Source of the DNA: Lama glama
Taxonomy: Eukaryota
Direction of reading: 5' to 3'
Length of the DNA stretch: 64,000 bases
Assembly: GCA_028534125.1 (NCBI GenBank)
Contig: CM052834.1
Coordinates: 2,480,001 to 2,544,000 of the forward strand
The notes beneath the pieces are model-generated. The model was not told the DNA's origin, did not search any database, and saw only the letters and a list, made by a program, of their open reading frames with translations. Both the position numbers and the translations under genes were made by a program. This document shows positions 10,691-22,855 of the stretch, one piece after another (within the stretch, counting starts at the first letter, position 1; each line of letters begins with the position of its first letter).

Positions 10691-13569
10691 AGCGCAGTAA
10701 ACCCACATTACTGTGGTAAGGATTCCCCAGTCCTACTGGTAGGGAAGACACGTTAGTTCTCTAACTTGCTTGTGATGAAGGCTGTGGGGCGAGGATTGAC
10801 TTCCCATCTTCCTGAGGTTCACCAGCTGGTCGGTGGAATGGTCTTCCTTTTTGGTCATAGTGAGAGAACTTGCTCTCTCTTCCTGATAAGAAGGAATCTA
10901 CTAATTCTGCTTACCAGGCAAGGAGTCACCCTCTCCTGGCCTCTGGCTTTTCTGATTACTCAGTATTTTCTGAATCCCCATGACATGCTACAAGCTGGGA
11001 AAATCTGTGGGTCTTAGTCCCAGTTCTTTTATGCTCGTAGCGTATGAGATGATGAAACAGACGTGGAGAGAGACGTAGTAGCGTGTGAGAGGCGAAATGA
11101 GACTTGGGAGAGATGGAAAATTTAGCAAAAGAGAAACGATGCTTGTGTTTGCCTCTGCATGTATCGGGGGGTGGAGGAGCAGGTGCTGGCCGGGATTTGG
11201 GCATGTGGGCCCCAGTGTTCCACGCGGACAAAGCCTTCCTGCAGGACGTGCTTGGGCCTGGTATGGGAGGAGGGGCGGAAGGGAAAGGGCAGAGGCGCTG
11301 AGCCGAAAGCAGGTGGGTATGCTGATGAGGCAGGGCCCCGGGGAGGGGAAGACGGAGGTGAGTGAGAGGGTGGGTGGGGGGGAGGTGGGAAGTGTGCAGG
11401 GCTGGTCAGTGCCGAGCCCTCTGGGACCCGGAGCAGTTGGTAGCAATTATGTAGCCATCACTTTCTAGTCTCATGGCTCTGATCCCCAAAGGAGGCGTTT
11501 CTGAGGCACCAGAGTAGAGCCTGAGGCCTGCAGTCAGGAGCTGGAGATCTTCCCACAGACCCTGAAGCCCACCTGGTAGTTTTCCAAGTCCACTACTGCC
11601 GCCTCACCCCCAGCCTCCGGGCTGGGAGGCTTCCCCGGCCCAGAGAGGTGCAGCTGTCCACAGGCAGCCCCTCACAGGCCCCAGCGGCCCGGTTCCTCGC
11701 CGCTGGCCGGAGCTTTTAGGGTATTGGTATCGGCAGGGCCTGGGTGACATCACCGGGGGCAGGACGGAGGCGGAGCTGTGTGGCTAGCCTCCTCCTCCTG
11801 CTTACCCAGGGAAGGGCAGGTGCCTTGCAGGCTGCTGGGCGCCTGCCTGCTGGGAGAGGGGGAGGTGTCCAGGTCTGCCCTGGCACTGCTGACCAGGACC
11901 AGCCAGTGCTAGCCAGGTTGGCGCCCAGGGCATTTCTGAGGGCCTGATATAGATGGTGGGGTAGCGAAGGGGAGTCATCCTGCCTGGCTGGGTCCCACCT
12001 CCTCTTCCCCCTGCGTGCCCCACCCTGATCCTCAGAGCCCAAGAGAATGCTGGCTTCTAGGTGGATAGGAAATAGGGGGCCTGAACTGGGACAGAAGTTT
12101 CCCCATCCCGAGGGGCCCGTGCACCAGCAATCCAACCCACCCAACGTGTTTCTCCTCATGGGGGCGTTTCCCTCGGTCAGCCCCGTCTCAGTCCTCACGG
12201 GCCATCTGGCGGAGTACTCCAGGCATAGATTAAGCGAATCTAAGCTCCTCCGAGGGGGGCACAAAAGGCTCAGAGCTTTTAACTCTGAGTAGGGGAGAGA
12301 GTATAGGGCTGAGTGCTGGGGGCCTCGGTCTCTTTTTTGGGACAGCGAATTGTGATCCCAGCCCAGCCTCTCCCAACCCAAATTGAGTTCCGGTCTGATT
12401 TGGGGAAGGGGGAAGCTGGGGTAGGGCTGGGGTTGCTGGCCTACCTGCCACTCAGGGTAATGGTCACTTTTCATGCTTGCCAGTAGAGCTGTCCCTTCAC
12501 TTTAAATCATGGCTGGCAAAGCAGTGACATTCTGGCCTCACTGGAAAGGCTGCTCCTTGTGGATTGCTCCCTTAATAAAGGCCAATTAGCCAAGAAGGCA
12601 GTGTTCAGTGTGGCTGCCGGAGCAAGAGAAAGGTTGGCGCAGGGCTGCTGGGCTGGGTGCCGGGTGGGCGCCCTGATTAACCTCCCCTAAGTGAGGGCAG
12701 GCCTTTGTGGCTCGACCCCTCTCAGACCGTTTACTTGCCCTCTGGGTGCGGGCGGCTTGGTCATGGCTCTCCAGCCGCATCACACGTGTTCAGTGCTGGC
12801 TTGGCCCTGCTCTGGGCCCCTCTGTGGACGCCATGGCCCCTCCGTAGTCTGTGGTACCCAGGACAGGATCTGTGCGCAATCAGTGCTGGGCAGCCTGGCG
12901 TGTCCTGAGTCTGTGGGCTGCCTTCTGTCTGGGAATGGAATTTGGAGGGGACGCTGAGGGGTCTGAATGGGATCTGAGCAGGTTCAGGCCTAGCCTCTCC
13001 AAACAGGAGGTGCCGGCCAAGCCGGGCAGCAAGAGGCACGTAGGGGCTCCTGGAGTGCTCAGGTGTGAGGCATCCTGCCGGCTCCCCGGAGGGCGGTGAC
13101 AAGTAGGTCTCTGGGGTGGGGCAGGCATGGCTCTGCTGGGGGACATGGGTCAGATGGAGGGCCAGGCGGATGCTCCGGGACCCTGGAATGTGGCCGTGAA
13201 GGAATGCCGGCTTTGTGTTCGCTTCCTTTCCAAAGCATTAAAAATTAAACTTCCTTGTCTTGATAGCTATTTTTAAATCATGTCAGAGCCAGCCTTGTGT
13301 CAGTCAGGAGGGGGTGGGGAGGGAGAGGGCGGAGAAGAGAAAGTCCCGCTGGGACAGGAGGAAGACTGTCACTTTGCGGAGGAGAGGGCCACAGGTCTGT
13401 CCCCCATCCCGCTGCCGCTGGGCAGCACAGAAAGGAGACCTCCTCCACAGGCTCCTCTGAGGATGGGGGCCTCACCGTCCCCTCCGGTGCCTCCCTGTGC
13501 CTGGCTGCCCTTGGCTGAACTTGGCGGCGGGCTGTGGGGCTTACTGGGCTACGGGGTCCCAATGGAGCC

Positions 13570-14060
13570 CATTCACTCATGCCACAACTATTTCCTGAAT
13601 GCCCGCTGCGTGTGCAGGAGCCTCCAGTGCTGGGGACGGGCTGACTGGGCTAGCACAGGGCAGATCGGCTTTCTCGGGCCAGGAAGTCGCGGAACGGAGA
13701 GGTCATCCTGCTCGTCATCTGCTGAGCATTTGAACACAGGGCTGCGAGGCAGGAGTGAGAGTGTCCCAAGGCCTGACCTGGCCCATCCTTCCCTTCCTCA
13801 CCTCTCTGGTAAAAGGTTTGCATCCAGCAGAAATAAAGGGGGGAGGAACACAGCCTGTGTTTCTTAGGAGTATCCGAGTCTGGAAAAAAGAATTAGTGAA
13901 TTATGTTTTTTCTGTTTCTTCTATTGAAAGGGCTGATTGGGTGCTCTGTGGCGAGTGTGCTCGGTGTGCGTTTACTGAGCACCTGCTGTAAGCCAGGTTC
14001 CCTGCAGGAATCAGACGTATAAACAGGTGATTACAGTTTTGTGCTGTAGGGCTCAGTAGA
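13570..14060 (-). mobile_element. L2 fragments
   Basis: cattcactcatgccacaactatttcctgaatgcccgctgcgtgtgcagg and tttactgagcacctgctgtaagccagg. Confidence 0.6.
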
Positions 14061-14657
14061 ACTACTTAGCAGAGCAGTTAGCACTGCTTAATAGCGACGA
14101 GATACAGGGTGACAGAGGCACCGCTGCATTTTGATGGATAAATAGGAGTTTGCTAGGTAGATGAGGATGGGGGTCGGGGCCAGGGAGAAGGGTGGTCCAG
14201 ATGGAGCCTCCTGCACGTGTGAGATGGGCTGAAACCACAGAAGCAAGGGGAGGTATCTGCTGGGTGGTGCCCACGGTGCATGGCTTCTCGGGGCCGTGAA
14301 CTGGCCCGGTTCTGAGGACGAGGGGCTGCGGGTGCTCTGAGTTGGTCTGCAGGGCTCCGAGGAGAGGGATATTTGGCTTTTCTGGTGGAGACCACCATGA
14401 CAGGTCTTACTGTGCCACTCAGGCCTCGAGCTGTCGCTTTAGGTAATCCAGCTTACAGAGACACCCGTCCCCTCCCCTCGGCCTCTGCCTTCCAGCTGCG
14501 ACAACATGCCTGCTTATGGGACTCCAGTTAGGAAGCTTTGAAGCGGAGGGAAGCCCATCAGGCAGAATTAAGTCTTCTGAGCCGGCTTTGTCCCTGCTAA
14601 AGCTAATCTGCCAGCAGGAGTGATTGGGGTGGAGGCAGGGATGTTAAAATGGCACGT

Positions 14658-14708
14658 GGTGGGGGTAGAGCTCAGTGGTAGGGCGTTTGCTTAGTGCGCG
14701 AGGTTCCC
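14658..14708 (+). mobile_element. Truncated tRNA-derived SINE head (camelid Vic-1-like)
   Basis: gggggtagagctcagtggtagggcgtttgcttagtgcgcgaggttcc has an A-box (AGCTCAGTGG) and resembles the recalled Vic-1 5' end. An L1-endonuclease-type TTAAAA lies just upstream (14644-14649). The B-box and tail are missing. Confidence 0.7.
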
Positions 14709-16119
14709 AGGGGACCTGGAATCTCTTTTAGCGTGGTCGGTCGTCTCTTCTGTTCGATGGGTTCTGCCTCCTCCTCCCTTGGGCCTGGCAAACGTTGACA
14801 CCTGTCAGGAGACCCAGTGAGGGCTGCAGTGGGGTTTCAAATCCTCTCCCTCGCTGCGTTGGGCAACTCGGTACCAGCAGAAGGCCCTGTTTAGGTGCCT
14901 ATTGGTGGAGTGACTGCCTTCAGAGACCTTCCTGTCTGCTCTGGCTTCTTCCCAAGGGTGTAGGTTCACATCAGCCAGGCAGCTCTGTACACGAACAGAG
15001 GCCGTGGGCCTTGGCCCACCGACCTGCTGCCTCAGAGTCGCCAGGAATGAGGCCTGTGTCCTGGAGCGTTGCTTCCCCTCTTGGTCCTGGGATTCCTCAT
15101 GAGTGGCAGCATCACGTGTACCGCAGGGCCGTGAAGGGGCCCAGGTGAGGCCGCATGGGCATCATGCAGGTACTGGCGCTCAGTGCTGAGTGGCCGCAGG
15201 AACTGTCACTGTCCTCCTGCAGCGAGAGGAGAGGGTGGGCACAGGTGCCTGGGGGCTGGCGTGACAGTGCCGGGCGGGGGTTTGGAGCCTTGTTAGGCTG
15301 GGGACGGTTCTGGATGTCCTCTAGTCTCAGGGATATGTGGGAGAAGTGGGGAGGCAGCTCTGTCCGAATGGAGGACGGGGGTAGAAAGCAGTGGTCCCAG
15401 ACCCCGGGGCCTGCAGCCGCCCTGCCGCACCGGACCCTCCCCTGCCTCCCTGTGCTCCTGGTGTGAGGAATCGGGCCAGCTGGGCCTGTGTTTACAGGGC
15501 AGGGTCCTGTGGGACCCCCGAGGGCAGGTCCCGCCTGCTGGGCAGCTTGGCCGTGACCTGAGCTGACAACAGACAGGCCCTGGGGGCTCCAGGTCACTTT
15601 ACTAACCAGAAAAATGATCGCTTAAAACTTTTTTCAGACTGTAAACTGTATCACATCTAAATTCATATAGTTTAAAAATTTATATAACAAACACGTACCC
15701 ACTATGTGGTTTAAGAAATGAAACATTCCCCTCGAAGCTCTGTGTGGCCCTCCCTGCACTCGCCCCGGCATCTTTCCTGGAGAGAATCATTCTCCTTACG
15801 TTTTGTGTTAAGCGTATTTCTTTATGTACTTTCCGCATGTGTAGGCATCTTTAAAAAGCACATCATTTGGTTTGGCTCGTTTTTAAAATTTGATAGATAG
15901 AAGCATTGGGAACTTTTTAACATTCGGTGCTACGCTTATCGATTCACATGTGTGATGAGAGTGCGTTGTTTGCACCGCTCCGTGGGGGTCCCTTATGTGA
16001 ACCTGCTGCTGTGTGTTTGGTCGGCGATGGCATTCTGGTTGCTTCCTTCTTTTCAGACACGCTTCTGGGAACCTCCTGGTACGAGCCTCCTGGCGCACGC
16101 ATGTGGGCACGTCCCTGGG

Positions 16120-16337
16120 CAGCACTCCCCAAAGTGTCTGTGCGGGAGCAGCTCTTTTCCCTACAGCTCCGAGGCGTGGCTCCGCCGCGCGTGACCGGTA
16201 CCCAGCTCAGGCCACAGGGGCTCCCCTGCACGCGTACGAGCTCGTGGATCACGCACTGGAATGTTCTGGCCATACTGAATGGCTGTGAAGTCCCTCAGCG
16301 TTGAGCACATCCGTGGACCACACTTGGAGAACTGCTT
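16120..16337. mobile_element. hAT-Charlie (MER5/MER3-like) MITE inserted in the L1M
   Basis: Imperfect terminal inverted repeats cagcactccccaaagtgt ... ggaccacacttggagaactgct. The host L1 reads continuously across it. Confidence 0.6.
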
Positions 16338-17166
16338 CAGGGTCCGTAGCAAGGAATGGCACTGCTGAGTTTTAGCATCTGTACGTTTCTGCTTGATCAG
16401 AGAATGCCAGGTTGTTTTCCAAAGTGGATGTATCAATTGACATTTCCACCAGTGGAATGGCGATTGAAAATGGAAAGTTTTGGGCATTCTCCAGCCAGTG
16501 GGTGTAAAATGCTATGCTATGTTTTAAATTTGCATCTCTCTGACGACTAGTGAACATCTGCTCACAGATTTGTCCGCCATTCTTCTCTGAATGCCTGTTG
16601 ATGCTTTTGTCCATTTTCCTATTGAGCTGTTTGCTTTTTCCTACTAATTTCTAGGAGTTTTATTTATGTTCTGGGTTCTCATCTGTTGTCATCTAAGTGC
16701 ACCACAAACACAGTTTACACTTCCAGTGTGTAGCTTGTCCTGTCCCTTTCTTCAGAGGTTTGATAAACAAATTCTTCAAATTAATATAGTCGAACTTATC
16801 AGCCTCTTTTCTTTGTGAGAGTGTACTTTTTATGTGTTGTTTAAGAAATACATGATATCTCGGGGACGTCTTGAAGTCCCTGGTAACAGGACAGTGCTTG
16901 TCACAGCATAATCAGCACTCGTGAATTTTTGAACGAATGAGTGAGTGATCAAAGATGACTCCCTGCATTTATTTATGAAAACCTTTCTTTTCGCATTTAA
17001 GCGCTTGGTAGATCTGGAATTCATACCTGTGAGTGACGTGAGCAGGGCTCCGACCCCGCTTCCCCCCACAGCAGACGAGCTGTCCGAGCCCCGCCGACTG
17101 GCCGGGCCCGTCTCCCCACTGACCTGTGTGTTCCGGCTGCACCACGCAGCTTTCCCTGTGCTACGC

Positions 17167-17449
17167 TTTTTTTTTTTAATTGCAGTGTAGTCAGTTTGCA
17201 ATGCTGCGTCCATTTCTGGTGTGCAGCATCATGGTTCAGCCATGTGTATACATACGTATATTCCTTTTCATATTCTTTTTCATTATAGGTTATTACAGCA
17301 TGTTGAATATAGTTCCCTGTGCTGCACAGTATGAACTTGTTGTTTATCTATTTTGTGTATAGTAGTTGGTATCTGCACATCTCGAACTCCCGGTTTACCC
17401 CTCCGCATCCCCTTTCCCCTGGCAACCGTGAGCTTGTTCTCTATGCCTG
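17167..17449 (-). mobile_element. Younger artiodactyl/camelid L1 3' end nested in the L1M
   Basis: PolyT, then aattgcagtgtagtcagttt...ttccttttcatattctttttcattataggtt...ttgaatatagttccctgtgct...tagtagttggtatctgc. Confidence 0.85.
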
Positions 17450-18049
17450 ACACGCCGTCTTGATTATCACCCTTTACAGTAAGTCTGCATCAGTAGGTGG
17501 GTGTATCTACTCATCTTGTACTTTTCCAGAATGTTTTGGCTATTCGTGGCCCCCTCACTTTTTTTTTTGGCTCTTTGTTCTTTTGTGTAAGCTCTGGCAT
17601 CAGTTTGTCTAATTTCACCAGAGATCAGCGATCAGCTCCGCCCCCTCCCCAGCCCCGTTGGTATTTTCAGTGGCCTTTCATTGAGTCTATGGATCAGCTT
17701 GGGAGAACTGCCACCTTTGTGTTGCATTCACGCGTATAAATTGTATTCCCATCGTGTGCTTCTCTTCACTGGCGTGGTTTACTCCACGTATTAGTCCTCT
17801 TTAATTGTGTTCTCCGTGAAGGTCTCACATGTCTCTAAGTGTGGGCCTTGGACTCTCCGTCCTGGGCTAGGGCCCCCTCTCCCCTCAGTGCAGCAGGGCT
17901 CCTGTGCACACGAGACAGAGAAGGTGGGAGGCCAGGGACGCGGCAGCCCCTCCGGCCACTCCCCATCATGGAGCGGCCAAGCCTGGAGCTGGGCACGTCC
18001 CTAGGTCACCTCATTTCCCTCCGTCTCCGATGACAAGAAGAGTGACTCC

Positions 18050-18165
18050 TCCCATCTCGCCTCCGAGGAGATGGGACCTCTGAGAGGTTAGGGGTTTTGT
18101 GCCAGGTCCCTGAGCTGGAAAGGGAAAGAGCTGGGCTTTGAACCCGGGCCACGCGGTCCCTGAAG
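18050..18165 (-). mobile_element. MIR SINE
   Basis: ctctgagaggttagggg...gccaggtccc...agagctgggctttgaacccgggc. Confidence 0.65.
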
Positions 18166-21100
18166 CCCATATTCTCTCTGCGTCCATCTCTGGAAAGTCA
18201 TCCTGGTCCAGCTCCTTCCCCTGCCCACTTTAGAGGGTGCTGTTTTGGACCTGTGCCTGCAGTTTAGTGCTGTGATGACGGGTCCAGAGTGATGCACATT
18301 TGGATATGCCTCGGTGGACCACTTGTCTTCCTTCCGCCGGCCCCAGCCCCAAACAGAAGTGGGTGAGAAGGTGAGTGGTCCTCAGGGATTTCTCAGATCG
18401 GTGGACCGTCAGCTGTGCACAGGGTAGGTTTCTTGATCTACTTCTGTGCCTCTTAGGAGAGTACCCTGGACCGAAAACGATTTTTTCCACAACCTCCCGA
18501 GCGTGACCCTGCGTCTGGTGCTGTTGAGTATTTTGGATTCCGCTTACGTCATAACAGCAGGGTTTACCGCTCTCACTTTACAGTCCTGCTTTAGTATTTT
18601 GTGGCTCGTTCCCCCTTCTGCTAGCATCGTCCAGGCCCTTTAAATCACGCAGCTCCTGGGAGTGGTCAGTGGCGTCTGTGCGTATTTGGGGACGGTGAGG
18701 CTGCAGGCGTCGTCACCCAAGGCCACAGGCAGGAGGAGGTGCGTGTCAGGGGCCTGTGTCCTGCCGCTTTGCCTTGTTTGCTCATGGTGGGTGCTCAGGA
18801 GATGTGCCGATTTGTGGGCTGACTGTGAGCTGCGCAGGGATGCTCGGAGAGAGGGTAGGGCCTTGGGCAGACGTGGTGAGATGCCCCTTGCAGGGGATCC
18901 CCTATAAAGAACAGTCGGGGTTTACCTCAAAGAAAGGCTCCAGGCAATGGGGCAGCTGTACTGGCCTCTCCCTGGCAGACCCCGCTTAGCCAGGCAGGAC
19001 CCCTGCGGCCCCCGTACTCACTGGCTTGGAAGGTGGCTTGGTGACCATCATCTTGTTCTAGCAGGCCCCTGTGCGTCCCCCTACCCCGATGGTGCACGTA
19101 CAGTGTTCTCCCGAGGACCCTGGGAAATACCGTCACCTTCATGGTGCTTATCTCCCAGGAGCTGAGGACCACTAGAGTCTGGCATTTGGGCCCATGGCTG
19201 CCATGTGCCCTGCGATCTGGCTCAGAGTGGGCCCCTGGCGCGGGTGGTCATGACTTGGTCACTCCACGATGATGGAGGAGGGTGCAGATGATGCCAGCTG
19301 TCACTCTGTGCCTCAGTTTCCCTTTCTGTGGGGAGTTAAGAGTTAAGTGGGGCGGTTTGAGAAACGGTTCTGGTGCGAGAAGGGAGCAGGAGGAGGCTGT
19401 GAAAGGAACAGTGAAGGAGGGAAGGGTGGGTTGGGTTCATCCTCCGGGAAAAGAGGAGCAAGGGAACGGGTTTAAGTGGGTCTCTCTGTGTCAGAGCCTG
19501 AGGCTGTGTGTGAGGGGGGCTGCTGGGCAGATCGGTACAGAACCCCCAAGCCAAACCTGACCTGGGCTCCACGTGGCTTGTGTTTGAGTCAGATGGAGCG
19601 GCGCCTTCTCCTGCCCTCTGCTCCCCTGCCCCCCGCACCCAGGGCAGGGAAGTCCCTTTCAGAAGTCTCAGCACGCAGGACCCCGTGGTACAGAGTAGGA
19701 GCCAGAAGGGGTGGCGTCAGGGGGCCGCTGGTGTGTGTCTGTCTCTGGGTGAAGATTCCGTCGTAGCACGGAGGTGGGGCAAGTGTCTGAGGGTTTTTAA
19801 ATGTCCTTGTCCTCCACTGGTCTGATTCTGCATCTCATCTTCCCCTGAGATACCCGAGCTTCCTGTATGTACGTGTATCTGTGTGTGTGGACATATGCAT
19901 ACAAACACTGTGAAGTATTTTAGAAATTATATAATTTCTATGTATTTGTATCTTCAATTTCAACTGTAACAGTGGAACTTACATATCTAAAATGTAAATT
20001 TCAGAAAAAAACTTAGACTGCCCTCTTAACCATCATAACTATAAAATAAAGTTCCTAGTAGTACTTTGTTATGAAACACACGTCATACAGTATTTATGTA
20101 TAAACGTATATGCGTGAATATGTAAACATTTAAAAACAGATTTACAGTGTAAATATGCGTGTCTATATTTACATATTTATGAGTATGTGTGTTTAGTGAG
20201 ACTCCCTCCAAGGGTGTGTGGCCGTCCTCATCTGAGCGTCCCCAGTGCTGATGGATTCTGGGTGAGCTGAGGCTCTCAGATGGCAAGCACCGCACACAGG
20301 CGTGGCTGCCCTGGGAGCACGGAATGTCTCTCCCCATTTGTCTCTATCTGTGAGCAGTCCCTGGCAGTGTTTGGCATCTGGGGACAAATCAGTTTAGCAG
20401 ACCCCTCTTGTTCTTGCCGGCCCGGCTTTCTTTTCCCTTGTCTGGGTACCTGCCCTCCTGCTTTCTCCCTGCAGGTCTGTCAGTATCTATGAAGGAGCTG
20501 AGGTTTGCTCACAGGCCAGAAAGGAACGTTAAGCAGCAGGCCACACACGGGCCAGGAGCCCGGGCTGTGCCGGGGGCCCAGGTACCAGGTGCTGATGGTG
20601 AGCTTGATGCCGCTGACTGTTCGGATCCATCAGTCCCGCTGTTTTGAGCCCTTGGATCTCGTGGCCCAAGAGTTGGCCCCCTGGGAGAGGGAGTCTGTGT
20701 GGGCACAGGCGCACCCCTGGCCAGGGGCGAGCGGAGCACAGAGCACCCTGACTGGCGGACGAGGCCGTCTGCACTTGGGAGGAGGAGACTCAGAGAGGGA
20801 AGGGCAAAGCGGCAGGTGTCTGCTGACGTGCTTGGCCCCCCCGGTGCCAGATGCTGCTGCTGGGATGTGTCATCCCCCATGAAGGGGAGATGGCGCTGGA
20901 GACCCAGCCACTCCCTCACCCAGAGGCTCTAGTTCCAGTTGCTTGGTGCCCCTTCTGCCTCGCTGGTGAGCTCAGGCAGCCCCTCTGCTGTGCTCGGCGC
21001 CCGTTCGTGCCATCCAGGTGTGTCTGAGTCGCTTAAAGGCAGGTGTTCCAGGTTTCCCAGAGGCAGGACACCCTTCGGGGAGTCTCCCAGCAAACCACAC

Positions 21101-22671
21101 CTGTGGGTCCTACTTGTCAGCCCCTTTCCAGCCCTGTCCCCGGTGACTGCCATCGGGCCACAGGCCGTTCAGCCGATGCACTGAGGGGTTGCCAAGTGGT
21201 GCGTCTGCGTCTTTTCAGCCCAGCCCTGTGGTTTCTCGACCTTCCTTAGTGCCGAGTCCTTGAATTCCCCAAAGCATGTCCTCAGGGATGAATGCGGGTG
21301 GGCTACCCCGCCGCTGCACGTCCCACCTGAACGAGACGGGGAGGTAAGGTGAGAGGGGGAGCCCGAAGCCAGCAGGGGGAGAACCTGGAACTGGACCCCT
21401 GCTTGCCTCGTGCTGCCACGTGTGTGGACCCCATGAAGGAGATGCGTGTGGAGGAGGAGGTGGTCCTCCTGAGGGGACCCACCCGTGAGGTGGAGGGGCC
21501 CACTTGCGCAGGGTGTCTGCTGTGTCCTGATGTGTGCTCGGTACTCTCCTGATTGTGGAGAGCAGTGTCAAGGTGTCTCATCTGTCGTCTGGGCGGAGCA
21601 GGCTTCCTGGAGGATGAGAGGCGTACAGCTGGGGAGAAGGCAGGGAGGGGCAGGAGGACAGTCGTGTGAAGGGGTTCTGGATCGGGGGGTGGAACATGGA
21701 GGACGTGGAGGCAGGAGAAGTAAGGTGATACTGGAAGCCAGAAAAAGGGACTTAAGCGTGGGGTTTGAACCAGATTGTGGGGGGCAAGGCATTGCCTGAA
21801 GCGCCGTCCCTCCTAGCTGGTGGGCTGGAGACTGCGGGTGGCGGGTTTGGAGAGCAGGTCAAAGTGGCCGGCAGACTCCGACACCCTTTTGCAGGGGGAT
21901 CAAAGGACAGTGAGGCTGCTGGTGGGAAGGTCTCGAGCCTCCTGGGCTCCAGACAGTGCGCAGAAGCCTGGCGTTCTCTCTGGGAGATCAGGTGTGTTCG
22001 GAGGCCCCGCCTGCTGAAGGGAGGCTGCCCCGCCTGTGGGCCAGGGCTCATCAGACCCAAATCGGAGCGACAGCTTGTCAGGCCTACGAACCTGGGCTCT
22101 GGGCAAGAGCTCTGTGATGTCTGTGCCATTTAGGACACCCATCCTGACTGGTCCCTGAGGTCTAGGGGCCCAGCGGGGAAGAGGGGGGCCCACGGGGGGC
22201 GGGGAGGGGAAAGGGACGTTGGTGCTGTCAGAAGAGCTGAGCGCACCAGGTGCTAGATTTGTTACCATTTATGGCAGCCAAAGAGAGCAGTGCGAGGCCC
22301 CCATCCCCTCCCCTTGCCTGGAGCTCCCCTCCTTCTGCCCCTTTCTCAGCCTGCCTGATGGGAGGAGGGGCGTCTGTGTGAAAAGTGCATGTTTCACTCA
22401 AAGCTGCGGGTCTGCGTCAGGAGCTGGGGGAGGAAGATTGACAAGATTCTCAGCATCACTGTTTTGTTTCCTCTCCTCCCTCCTGGATGGAAGCTCCTCA
22501 CATCTTGTTGGGTGGGTGGGTGGGATGGGCTGGACAGCCCCTCCAGCACCTCGTGAAATCCTGGTGGGCCTGGCCTCGCAGCCTACATTTCCTCCCCATT
22601 TCTAGAAGTGCGGAGTCCTGCGTTTCATGTAGGGTGTACACCAGTTAACCCTTCTGCTGCACCGGGCGGCA

Positions 22672-22855
22672 GAGTGGGAAAGAGCAGCAGATGGGTCACA
22701 GAGAACTGCCTTGTAGTCCCAGCGGTCGCTAACTGGCTATGTGACCCTGGGCAAGTTGCGTCCCCTTTGTGAGCTTAAGTCTCCACATCTGGACAGTGAT
22801 GGACTTGGGCCAGCTCATCTCTAAGATCCCTTCAGGCTCTGACATTCTGTGATTT
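22672..22855 (+). mobile_element. MIR3-type SINE
   Basis: ctaactggctatgtgaccctgggcaagtt...catctctaagatcccttcaggctctgacattctgtgatt (MIR3 tail). Confidence 0.8.

Larger units (their letters stand above)
15625..17810 (-). mobile_element. Old L1M/L1ME element (3'UTR into ORF2 remnant) with nested insertions
   Basis: Antisense L1M hallmarks: ttttccaaagtggatgtatcaattgacatttccaccag, gttttaaatttgcatctctctga, ttttgtccattttcctattgag, aatgttttggctattc. Confidence 0.85.

Noticed and set aside
14658-14708. Possible tRNA gene
   Set aside because: Only an A-box/D-arm-like half is present, with no T-arm/B-box or acceptor stem. It is better explained as a SINE fragment.
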